The position numbers and the translations under genes were made by a program. 64,000 nucleotides of DNA, from assembly GCA_001724265.1 (NCBI GenBank), contig MEDY01000014.1, positions 124,001-188,000 of the forward strand, given 5' to 3'. Below the pieces are notes generated by a model. That model saw only the letters and a program-made list of their open reading frames with translations, ran no database searches and had not been told where the DNA came from. This DNA comes from Rhizaria sp. SCN 62-66 (Eukaryota). Positions 48,923 through 58,310 of the stretch are shown piece by piece. The number at the start of each line of letters is the position of its first letter. Position 1 is the stretch's first letter.

Positions 48923-51442
48923 TTACAGCACGGTGCAGTCGCCGCCTGTGCACGACTCGCGGTCATTGACACGCTCGTGGACCTCTTGGCGCGCCGCCAT
49001 ACGCGCGAACGATGCGAGATGGCCCGTGACTTTGTCATCCGCTTCGGCAAGCGCGCGCTGCTCGTCGGTTTCCCCCGCGGCCTCTGCGCGCTCCATGAGC
49101 TTCTCCGCGACCGTCTCCAGCTTCGGCCGCGGCACAGCCTGCACCGAAATGGCCGCCTCAGACACGCCGTGGTCGGTTTGCACGCCGCCCAGCAGCCGCC
49201 GCGAAAGCGCCTCCATGACCGTGTTCTCGTCCTCGTCGTCGGGGATGCCCAGATCGTCCAGATCAAAGTCTTCCTCAGAGTCCTCTTCCATGTCCCGGTC
49301 ACGCGTCAGCCGCAAGTGCGAGATGTCGGCTGGCCGGGGCTCGCCGCGCCGCGCCGTCTCGGGCGCCACATCGCGCTCGTACGTCCGGTTCTCGCGCGCC
49401 TCGGCCTCGGCCGCCACGCGCGCCGTCAGCTGCGACTGCGTCAGCGGACGCTCCAGCTTCACCCAACTCTTATTTACGCCGTTCGACGCGGGCAGAAACA
49501 GCATCTTCTGACGGCCGAAGCGGTAGTTGCCCTCTTCCGGCGGCGCCATGCGGAGCCCGTCGGGGTCGGGCGCGCTCTCGTCCTCGGACTCAGAGTCAGA
49601 GTCGAACTCTTGTGGCAAGAGTGACCACTTGAACAACCGCAGCGTCTGGTCCACCGAGGCCGACGCGGTGAGGAACTCGTCGTTCTCGATCAACCCGGAG
49701 CCGATGATCTTGCGCTGCAGGTCCTCCGACGGCAGCGCGATGGCGTTCACCTGGTCGTCGTGCTTGCCCACGGTCGTCTGCGCGGTTTGAAACACCAGCG
49801 GCACGAGCGTCTCGGCGCGCATCTGCTGCCGTGTCGGCTTGCGCGCGTTGTGCGCCGCCGACTGAAGTGTAAACGCACGGACATCCTCGCCGACGGCGGC
49901 GCACATCACCATGGCCTGCGGCTTGAGCGCGTCGCGGCCGTTCTCGATCGCGTCGATCCACTGCTGCATCAGCGGCCGGCTCACAGCTTCGAGGATCGTC
50001 GTCTCGCCGCCAATGACCTTGATCTTAAACCGCGCCTTCGGGGTCGCGCCGGGCTTCGGCTTGACGAGCCGCACGGAACGCACCGTCTCGAGACGGATGA
50101 AACCGCGCGGGGCGCCCGACATGAGCTCGTTCTTGAACCACAACAACTGTCCCATCGAGACGTCGACGGCGTAGTACAGCTTCTTCCACAGCCGGTTGCC
50201 GAGGATAATCTTATCCGTCTTGACCTTAAGGAAGCCTGTCATGGTCTGCGAGCCCTCGCGCGTCCAAAACGACGTCGCGGCCGCCTGCGTGCTGTCGTTC
50301 GCGGGCGCCTTGGCCGCGATCGCGGCACACATGACCGAGCGTACGGGACTGCCGAGGAACTGCCGGAACTGGAGCGAGATCTGCGCGTAGTTGACCTTGC
50401 GCGGTGCGTACGAAACTTCCGTGTCGTCGCTGAGGCGCGTGCGACGCACGTCTTGCTCGGCCGTGTCGATGAGGTGGTCGACGATGTCAGAGTCCTCGTA
50501 CATCGGTAAGTGTGTGTCGTGCAGCTTGAGCAGGCATACCGAGGTGGACGTGCCGACGACGAGCTGATACTGGCGGTCGGGACCGTTTTCGCGCACGTTA
50601 GAGCCGACGAGCGTGACGAACTCGAAGCCCGGGAAGAAGCGCACGTCAAACACGGGCTCGAAGCAGTTGAAGCGGAACACCATCATAAACTCCACGGGCT
50701 CCGCAAGTTCCAAGTGCTCTGTCGCATCGGTGATGATGGTGTTGCCCTGCTTGTCCTCCTCAACGACCTTCTGCTTCACTTCCTTGACGCCGGCCGTCGC
50801 GTTTTCTTCGGAGCCCGTGTCTGGGATCAGGAGACGGCCGAAGACGATCTCGCCGTCCTCCCCACCGGACACGATGTACTTGCCGTCGTCGGAAAAGGTC
50901 ACGGCGTTGACCGCGGCGCGGTGGTGGCGCAGCGCCTGGCGGTTCATCTTCTTGTTGGGCGGAAACAGCCACAGCCGCACAGTCGAGTCGCGGGAACACG
51001 ACGCGAGCATCACAGTGCCAGCCTTGCCGCGCGTGGGGGCAAAGGCGACGCCTGTAATGTCGTCCTGGTGCAGCACTTCAAGGCGGCGCGGGCCGAGCTG
51101 TGTGTCTGACAGCGCGAGGCGCAGAGACATATCTTCATCATCCTTAACATCGTGGACGCACTCCCAGAGACAAAGCGTGTTGCCTTCAGCGTGGCCTGAC
51201 GAGGCGGAGCACAAAAGCGTGCCGTCGTAGGAGAACTGCAGCGCCTGCACGTTGCCCATGTGCGGCACAATGCTGACGTAGAGCTTGGAACGCACGTTCC
51301 AGAGTTTGACGGATGAGTTTTCGCACCCGAACGCCATGTACTGTTTGTTCGGGTGGAACGCCACGGAGAGCACGCGCTCTGTGTCGCCGCTGCGGAATGC
51401 CGAGAGCTTGTCTTTGGCAAAGCCTTCAGTGGAGACGGACAT
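48923..51442 (-). CDS. WD40-repeat protein with a PH domain, 839 aa
   Basis: WD repeats VLSVAFHP...VKLWNV, HMGNVQALQFS...LCLWE, HQDDITGVAF...SRDSTVRLW, HRAAVNAVTFS..GKYIVSGGEDG and HDDQVNAI...SVDQTLRLF. PH domain MTGFLKVK...WKKLYY...LLWFK...PRGFIRL...F.I......ILEA......QQWIDAI. Confidence 0.85.
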   Translation of the reverse strand: MSVSTEGFAKDKLSAFRSGDTERVLSVAFHPNKQYMAFGCENSSVKLWNVRSKLYVSIVPHMGNVQALQFSYDGTLLCSASSGHAEGNTLCLWECVHDVKDDEDMSLRLALSDTQLGPRRLEVLHQDDITGVAFAPTRGKAGTVMLASCSRDSTVRLWLFPPNKKMNRQALRHHRAAVNAVTFSDDGKYIVSGGEDGEIVFGRLLIPDTGSEENATAGVKEVKQKVVEEDKQGNTIITDATEHLELAEPVEFMMVFRFNCFEPVFDVRFFPGFEFVTLVGSNVRENGPDRQYQLVVGTSTSVCLLKLHDTHLPMYEDSDIVDHLIDTAEQDVRRTRLSDDTEVSYAPRKVNYAQISLQFRQFLGSPVRSVMCAAIAAKAPANDSTQAAATSFWTREGSQTMTGFLKVKTDKIILGNRLWKKLYYAVDVSMGQLLWFKNELMSGAPRGFIRLETVRSVRLVKPKPGATPKARFKIKVIGGETTILEAVSRPLMQQWIDAIENGRDALKPQAMVMCAAVGEDVRAFTLQSAAHNARKPTRQQMRAETLVPLVFQTAQTTVGKHDDQVNAIALPSEDLQRKIIGSGLIENDEFLTASASVDQTLRLFKWSLLPQEFDSDSESEDESAPDPDGLRMAPPEEGNYRFGRQKMLFLPASNGVNKSWVKLERPLTQSQLTARVAAEAEARENRTYERDVAPETARRGEPRPADISHLRLTRDRDMEEDSEEDFDLDDLGIPDDEDENTVMEALSRRLLGGVQTDHGVSEAAISVQAVPRPKLETVAEKLMERAEAAGETDEQRALAEADDKVTGHLASFARMAARQEVHERVNDRESCTGGDCTVL

Positions 51443-52182
51443 GGCTTAGGGGGAAGAGCCTGGCGACCGGCAGGTGGGGAGGGCTCGCCTGCGTGTCGGT
51501 GGGTTTTTGCGTTCGAGAGAGGGTTGGTGGGGGCGCTGCTGCAGCGGCAAAGGGTGAGGAGCGCAGCTCGAGGTGCAAGGGAGAGGGGGAACTGTACCTT
51601 AAACTCAGAGCTGACGTATGGGTTTGCTCACAAAGACGAGGGTGGCTGAGGAGGCGTAGCAGGGAGATCGTTGGAGGAAAGGAGCAGAAGGGGAGAAGGA
51701 GGATCGGAGCGTGGGTGAGATTGACTACTACGGTTCATAGATCGCACTTTCAAGGAAAATTAAAAGAGTTCATAAATTTAATACCAGCATTTAACCAATA
51801 AGTGAAGATATTTTACGAAATAACAGATTTCATGAAGCAGGATAGCAACGATTTTGACAACACAGATAACGTCAAGTCGAAGTCAGTGGTTCGCGAAAAA
51901 CCCGCGGTCGGTGTGCGAAGAGGAAACGTGACAGCAACGTGACATTTAGGAGATTAATAACGATATTTATTGGAAGACATGCTTCGAAAAATCATTTTAA
52001 TATTCGCTGCTTGATCGCAACGGAACTACAGTATACAAGTAATTGAGAGAACTTTTTAGAGAGAAGCAACAACACCGAAGCTGAGCTGCAGAGAGATAGA
52101 CTATTAAACGCACAACAACATCACTACCCCCACGCAATGACACAAGGGGAGCGACAATTACATCAACTCGTCGTTGCTTGAC

Positions 52183-55100
52183 TTACTTGTTCATGCAGGC
52201 CATGAAGATATCGCGGTGCGCGTCCGGGAGCGCGGCGGCAGCGGCCTCAATCACGCCAGGGTGCAGCGGCGCGAGGTGTTTCAGCCACGCGATGAGCCCG
52301 TCCTGGACCTCCTCAAGCAGGAAGCCCGTCGCGCAGTGGTCGGCCACGGCGGCGACGAGGCGCGGGAGCTCGGGCGCGACGAGCTGCGGCGCGAGCTCGT
52401 AGACCTTAGGCAGCTCCGGGTACATCAGCGCAGCCTCGGCGTGGTCAAGCTTGCACGGCAGCAGCGAGAAGATCGCCGGGATCGCCATGGTCAAGTCGAC
52501 CACGTGCGGCGCGGCGAGCACGATGCGAACGAGCGCAGACGCGGCGTTGTCGCGGCCGCAGTTGACGTCATTGACCACCGTTGCGCCCTCGATCGCGGGC
52601 GCGGCCTCGGCCTCGACTGCGCGCTGCATAAAGGCCAGGATGCCGGCCAGGAAGGCGGGCAAGTGCGGCACCATCGACGCACCGGCGCGCTCAGCAAGCA
52701 CACCGGCCAGGTAGATGGCGTTGTCGACGACGTCAAGCACGGGGTCGGCGAGGTAGGTGATGGCGATCTGGGCCAGCGTCTCGGCGTTCTCGTGCTCGAC
52801 GGGACCCATGTAGTACACAAGCTCGGCCACGGTGCCCACTGCGGTGTTGCGGAACAGGTCCGGACGGCGCGGGTCCGCCAGCGCGATGATCGGCGGTAGC
52901 AGCTCGTTGAAGATGGGCTGGAACTGCGCGCCCATCGCCTCGGCCATGACGCCCAGCAGGTCGCCGAGCGAGTCAAACACGGAGAAGTTGGTGTCGGCGT
53001 CGATGTCGACGACGTCGCGGCTCGACTGGCAGCGCGCTTTTTCCTCAGCCAGCAGCTTGAGCGTGCGCATAAAGTCGGTCAAGTAGGTAATGCGCGGCGC
53101 GTAAGCCGGGTTGTCGACGGGCATCGCGGCGAGACCGAACGACTTGATGAAGCTGGTCATGACGTCAAGCGCGACGGCGACGACGTTGCCCATGCGGTCG
53201 CTGACGATCGTCGCCACAACGGCGTCGAAGATGTTGCGCATGATCTTCTCGGCCTCAGGATGCAGCGGGCGCGCCTCGCCAACCGCCTTGCCCTGCGGGT
53301 TGGGGTAGAGGTTGGCGACGAAGTTGCCGATGGACAGCATGACGGAAAGCATCGAGTTGCGGAGCAGAGGGTACGGGAAGCACACCATCTCCTGCACGTG
53401 GAGCTGCATTTTGGCGAAGAGCTCCATGTCAAACCGCGGGCCTAAGCACGAGATGGCCGTGATGAGGAACTGCGCAGCCTCGAGCTTCACCTCGAACGCG
53501 TCGACAGCGAGCACGAGAGGGGAATTGTCGTCGTCCTCGTCCTCGTCCTCGTCCTCGGCCTCCTCCGCCTCGGCGGCGGCGCGGGCAGCGATCTCATCGT
53601 CGGTGAGCCCCATAGCACGGAGGCGGGCGGCGTCGTGGCCGCCGATGTCGCCCTGGCCCTCAGTGTCCTCCTCTTCCTCAGCCTCGGAGTCGTCATCGAA
53701 GCCGCGGATGTGGCCGCCCTCGTCGTCCTCCTCGTTCTGGTGCTCAATGCCGTCCTGCGACTGCAGCGTATCAAGCGCGTGCGCGATCACCGTGTTGGCG
53801 AGATCCTGCGGCGTCTCGGGCCCCCACGCCGCAACGAGGCGCTCGAAGAAGGTAAACGTGAGCTCGTGCACCAAATACTGGTTGTCGCCCTGAACCAGGA
53901 AGCCCTTAAGCGCGGGGTCAATCACCTGCTGGAACTCGGCGGTCCAGTTCTGCACACCGACAGCGTGCGCAGCCTTGCCGAGGCACTCGGTGGCCTTGGC
54001 GCGGAGCTCCATCTGCTCCTCAGCCTCGTAGGACAGCATCGGCGTGAGGAACTGGACGAGCGCGGGGAAGTACGGCACGAAATGCTCGCGACAGGCGACG
54101 GCGACGGACTTGACAACCGAGATGGTGTACGCCTGGATCTCCACACTGGGCTGCGAAAACAGCTCCTGTGTGATGGCCATGAGCTCCGTGTAGTAGTGCA
54201 CAATCGATGCACCGAGACGCTCGCACATGCCGTCAAGCGCAAGCAGACACTTGTTAAGACGGCGCGGGGTCGGATTGCCGCGCAGAATAGCGATGAGCGC
54301 GGGCAAGATATCGGCGTGGAGAGCGAAGATAGGATGCTCGAAGTCCTCCGTGTCGGAGATGTTGACGATGACGATGCAGGCGGCGAGGCCGACAACGTCG
54401 GCGGGGTCGGACAGCAGCTGACATGCGCGCATGAGGATGTTGCGGAACGTGATCCCGTTCTCGATGCCCATCACCATCGCGGAGCAGTCCTGCATGAGCG
54501 TGGAAAAGGCAAGCAGACCGGCGGCACGCTCGTTAGGCAGCGCGGAGCCCATGAGGCGGTCGATGTGCGGGAGACAGGCCTGCACAACCTGGACCTTAGA
54601 GAGGTTCTCCTGCATCGTGCAAAACAAGTCAATCCCGATCGAGTGCGGCATCGTCTCGCCAGTGAACGAGTTGTCGTCGACCTCGGTCAACGTGCCGAAG
54701 ATCACCTCAAACATGCGCTCGATGAGGCCCATGCGCGTGATGTGCGCGGGGCGCGCGGTGACTTCCTCGATGAGGAACTGGCACGCCTTGGTGCGCATGT
54801 CGAGCTGCATTTCACGGTTGCCCATGAGGTCCGCCATCAGCAGCATCACCTGGCCGACCATCTCATCCGAGAGCGGGAAGTCGGGCGAGGACGTGCTCGA
54901 CAGGATCTCGAACAGCGCGGTCAGCATCTCGGTCTCCTCGTTCTCCACCGCAGTGCGGAAGACCTGGAGGAAAGTGGGCATCATTGCCACAACGCGGTCG
55001 AGCTCCTCTTGCGTGCGGATGAGCGAGTACAGCGTGTGGAGACCGCGCAGGGCGCGCGTCTGCAGCTTGGCGTGCTCGTTGACGACGAAGCTCTCGAAAA

Positions 55101-55653
55101 CCTCGCACGCGCGCGGGCGGTGCTGCGCCATGGCCTTCGGCACGGCGGCGAAGAGCAGACGCAGAAGGTTGAGACCGAAGTCGTTGTGCGCGGGGTCGGT
55201 GGAAGACACAGCTTGCCACACCCAGTGCACAAGCGCGGGCCATTGGTTCGTCGGCATGTCCATGCGCGCGATGGCGGAGACGAGACTGACGCAGCTGTTG
55301 CGCACGTTGACGTTGGGCTCGGAAAGCAGGTGCGACAGCAGAGCCTCGCGCACCATGTCGCGCAGGCCAGGAGCGAGCTCAGACCAGTGGTCCTGAATGC
55401 GCTTGCGCAGCGCAATGGCGGCAAGCTGGCGGATGCCGTACGTCTGGTTCTCAGATAGCTGCTGCATCAGCGCCGGCACGCACACGGGGCTGTCGAGAAA
55501 CACGCGCAGAACACGCATGCCCTCACGGATGATCTCGTCGTTCGGCGTCAGAATCTTACCGAGAACGAGAGAAAGGCCCTCCGCATCAGCGGGAAGATCA
55601 ACCTCGCGCTTGCGGGCCGCCGGCTTCTTGGACTTTCCCTTCTTAGGCGGCAT
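52183..55653 (-). CDS. IPO4: Importin-beta family karyopherin, importin-4/Kap123-like, about 1156 aa
   Basis: IRQLAAIALRKRIQDHW (importin N-terminal motif), QWPAL, LRAKATECLG, an acidic loop, RNTAVGTVAE, VDNAIYLAGVL, RDNAASALVR and LPCKLDHAE. Length and motif order fit IPO4. Confidence 0.8.
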   Translation of the reverse strand: MPPKKGKSKKPAARKREVDLPADAEGLSLVLGKILTPNDEIIREGMRVLRVFLDSPVCVPALMQQLSENQTYGIRQLAAIALRKRIQDHWSELAPGLRDMVREALLSHLLSEPNVNVRNSCVSLVSAIARMDMPTNQWPALVHWVWQAVSSTDPAHNDFGLNLLRLLFAAVPKAMAQHRPRACEVFESFVVNEHAKLQTRALRGLHTLYSLIRTQEELDRVVAMMPTFLQVFRTAVENEETEMLTALFEILSSTSSPDFPLSDEMVGQVMLLMADLMGNREMQLDMRTKACQFLIEEVTARPAHITRMGLIERMFEVIFGTLTEVDDNSFTGETMPHSIGIDLFCTMQENLSKVQVVQACLPHIDRLMGSALPNERAAGLLAFSTLMQDCSAMVMGIENGITFRNILMRACQLLSDPADVVGLAACIVIVNISDTEDFEHPIFALHADILPALIAILRGNPTPRRLNKCLLALDGMCERLGASIVHYYTELMAITQELFSQPSVEIQAYTISVVKSVAVACREHFVPYFPALVQFLTPMLSYEAEEQMELRAKATECLGKAAHAVGVQNWTAEFQQVIDPALKGFLVQGDNQYLVHELTFTFFERLVAAWGPETPQDLANTVIAHALDTLQSQDGIEHQNEEDDEGGHIRGFDDDSEAEEEEDTEGQGDIGGHDAARLRAMGLTDDEIAARAAAEAEEAEDEDEDEDDDNSPLVLAVDAFEVKLEAAQFLITAISCLGPRFDMELFAKMQLHVQEMVCFPYPLLRNSMLSVMLSIGNFVANLYPNPQGKAVGEARPLHPEAEKIMRNIFDAVVATIVSDRMGNVVAVALDVMTSFIKSFGLAAMPVDNPAYAPRITYLTDFMRTLKLLAEEKARCQSSRDVVDIDADTNFSVFDSLGDLLGVMAEAMGAQFQPIFNELLPPIIALADPRRPDLFRNTAVGTVAELVYYMGPVEHENAETLAQIAITYLADPVLDVVDNAIYLAGVLAERAGASMVPHLPAFLAGILAFMQRAVEAEAAPAIEGATVVNDVNCGRDNAASALVRIVLAAPHVVDLTMAIPAIFSLLPCKLDHAEAALMYPELPKVYELAPQLVAPELPRLVAAVADHCATGFLLEEVQDGLIAWLKHLAPLHPGVIEAAAAALPDAHRDIFMACMNK

Positions 55654-57050
55654 TTCACGCGCTGCGCAGCGAACAAGGTGACGACAAAAGCGTGGTAAGT
55701 GGTGGCGCCGCAAGACACATAATGCGCAGTCAATATGCTAGTTTCAAGCTATATAGTTCCACTTAAGTATACAACACGATCGATGCAATACCATACAAAT
55801 CACATGCATCATATGATCGATTAAAATGCCTCCAAATTCAACATGCAAGTTGCCTCATCTTCTTCTCCGTCCGCAACTTCGGCGCAAAACTTTGCCGCTC
55901 TCGAGAGACCGAAAAAATAGGATGACGCAAAGCAGCCACTATCCACCTGAATTGTATTGCTGCACAAAGACTCAACAATAGGACTTGAAAAATAACACGT
56001 TCACCCAGTAGCTAACTAAAAATGCCATACTAAAACGTGTTTATCTTTGTACTTACAACCATTATCTATGTTATATCTGCATTTTCAAATTGCGGATGAC
56101 TTAAAGGTTGCCCGAGATTGTCGCGCTATTAGTGCGATATAGAGGCCTCATGATAACTCTAACAGCTTTCGTTGCATAATATTACTTGAAAACATGTTGA
56201 CGTATGTACACACATCTTTTTATGTCATCTAGGTATGTTTGAGTCTTATATCATATGACTTATAATATTGGAGGCGATCTCGAATTGGCAGCGTTGATGT
56301 TGCACGGGATAAGGTTCACAAGATCAAAGTTCACGTTAATTTTCGGCTCGCTAAGCACTGCGTAGCACAAAATCCGCAACATTTGCCTGCTATTGCGCCA
56401 TATTGGTGTAGATTCACTTTGTCGCACTCAGATGAAGAGCGAGCTGTTCAAGTCGACCCCATGTATTTAATGCAAGATATCCAAGATAATATGTTAGCTT
56501 CTGCAGGAAGTTTGTCAGGACTACAGATGTATATACCCGAAATATGCAATAACATAAGGAAACCCTTGGGTACCTGCACATCTATGAGAAATGTGACCTT
56601 TTCGACTTTCACCACAAGTTGCTTGTGGTTCTCTTCTGTGCCTGGGTCCAACTTCGCTGCCGACCAAAGCGGGTTCACACAATGCTTTTTCTGTAGAGCG
56701 TAATCGTGTTTGGACAAGGTTTTGCGCGATTATAATAGAAACACGCATTAGCTGCTCTGGTTACAAACAGTGTTGCAAAGCCACGTTCGGAATGCGGCGA
56801 TATCCTGTGCTTTCGTGAGACTGAGGACTGGAGCAAGGGCGATGAGACAACATCTTTCGGAGGGTCTCATTCTCCACAATGCCCTGACATGCACATATAG
56901 ACTTGCACCGTGATATAAGCGACACTATAGAATATGTTCACATTAAAATATCTATCTAGAACTTAAATTTCATAGTATTAACCCTCTTTTTTCTCTTGAA
57001 CGTCATCCGAATCGTCCTTGGCCCCTCCACAACGAGCAGCTTCTCCACAC

Positions 57051-58058
57051 ATGGTTGGCGAAGCAAGTGCCTTCACCAAGGGAAAGGCCTTTGCGTCAAA
57101 GATGTTTGCGCGCCCCACCATCTTTTGGCTTGTGGCGGAGGGCACGGGTGTGCTATTTGTCGTGAGCTACTTCACGAAGCTTCTCTTCTTCCTCTCCCTC
57201 ATCGCCCTCGTTGCCTCGCTCGCATACCGCTTCTACGTCGTCTACAAGGACATCCCGGCACCTTTCGCGCGTCCCAAAAACATCTTTATCACGGGCGCAA
57301 CTTCCGGCATTGGCGAGTACCTTGCGTACCATTACGCGCGCGCCGGTGCGCAGACTCTGTATCTCACTGGCCGCAACACCGAGCGTCTGGAGCGCGTCGC
57401 CGCCGCGTGCCGCTCGCAGCCGGGCGCATTGTCCGATCTCGTCGTCAAGGGCGTCGAGGTCGATGTCACGGACGCTGCGGCGATGCGGAGCAAGCTGGAG
57501 GCCGCTGATGATGCGACACCGCTTGACTGCGTCTACGCCAACGCTGGCGTAAGCGCGAGCACTCTCAAGGACTTGAAGTACGAGGAAATGTGCCGCCAAA
57601 CGATCGACACCAACGTCACCGGCATCTTCAACACTATTTTCCCCGTGCGCGACCGTATGAAGCAGCGCAAGCACGGTCAGTTCGTCATTATTGCGTCGAT
57701 CGCTGGCATTGCATCGCTGCCTGGCAACCACCCGTACGCTGCCTCCAAGGCTGCTGCGATATCGCTCGGCCAGGGCTTCCGCTCTGAGCTAGGCCCGCAC
57801 GGCGTCGGCGTCACCACCATCTGCCCCGGCTTTGTGCGCTCTGGTATGACGCAGGAGCGCCAGGAGACTATGGGTCTGCCGTTCTTCATGGAGACCGAGC
57901 CGGCGGTAGATATCATCGTGCGCGGTGTTGAGGAGAACCTTGATGTCGTTGTCTTCCCGTTCCCCACTGCGCTCGGTGGCTGGCTGCTCCGCGCTTTGCC
58001 CTTTTACCTTCACGATATGGTTTCCAAGCAAATTTCCAAGATTATGTACAAGGCCTAA
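57051..58058 (+). CDS. Membrane-anchored short-chain dehydrogenase/reductase, 335 aa
   Basis: N-terminal hydrophobic helices, ITGATSGIG, ANAG, IASIAG, catalytic YAASK and ICPGFVRS. Confidence 0.9.
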   Translation: MVGEASAFTKGKAFASKMFARPTIFWLVAEGTGVLFVVSYFTKLLFFLSLIALVASLAYRFYVVYKDIPAPFARPKNIFITGATSGIGEYLAYHYARAGAQTLYLTGRNTERLERVAAACRSQPGALSDLVVKGVEVDVTDAAAMRSKLEAADDATPLDCVYANAGVSASTLKDLKYEEMCRQTIDTNVTGIFNTIFPVRDRMKQRKHGQFVIIASIAGIASLPGNHPYAASKAAAISLGQGFRSELGPHGVGVTTICPGFVRSGMTQERQETMGLPFFMETEPAVDIIVRGVEENLDVVVFPFPTALGGWLLRALPFYLHDMVSKQISKIMYKA

Positions 58059-58095
58059 GAGTCACATATGCATTCCACATGCGTAACACATTGTT

Positions 58096-58119
58096 TGTCT
58101 GTCTGTCTGTCTGTCTGTC
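58096..58119. repeat. (TGTC)6 microsatellite in the SDR 3' region
   Basis: Tandem TGTC units seen directly. Confidence 0.85.
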
Positions 58120-58310
58120 ATTTGTATATGTGCACCTTATGTAGGTTGCGTCGAGGTAACACTCGATTTTCACTGGTTAAATCACAAGCTTACTAGTTAC
58201 CGGTTACTAGTTAATAAACAATTCTAAATAAACCTCAGGGCCTTTTAACACTATGTAACGGTTGCAATATGCCTCGCCTGTGCGCGCAATCTATTCAAGC
58301 GTTCATGCTC

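Noticed and set aside
13152-55458. Long antisense and alternate-frame ORFs (for example 13152..14588 +, 16715..18769 -, 25302..26915 +, 53635..55458 +)
   Set aside because: They mirror well-identified genes. Strong GC3 bias removes stop codons from the antisense frame, and the translations show no family motifs.
58190-58213. TTACTAGTTA direct repeat forming an imperfect palindrome between convergent genes
   Set aside because: Too short to distinguish from chance, and no second copy or associated element was seen.
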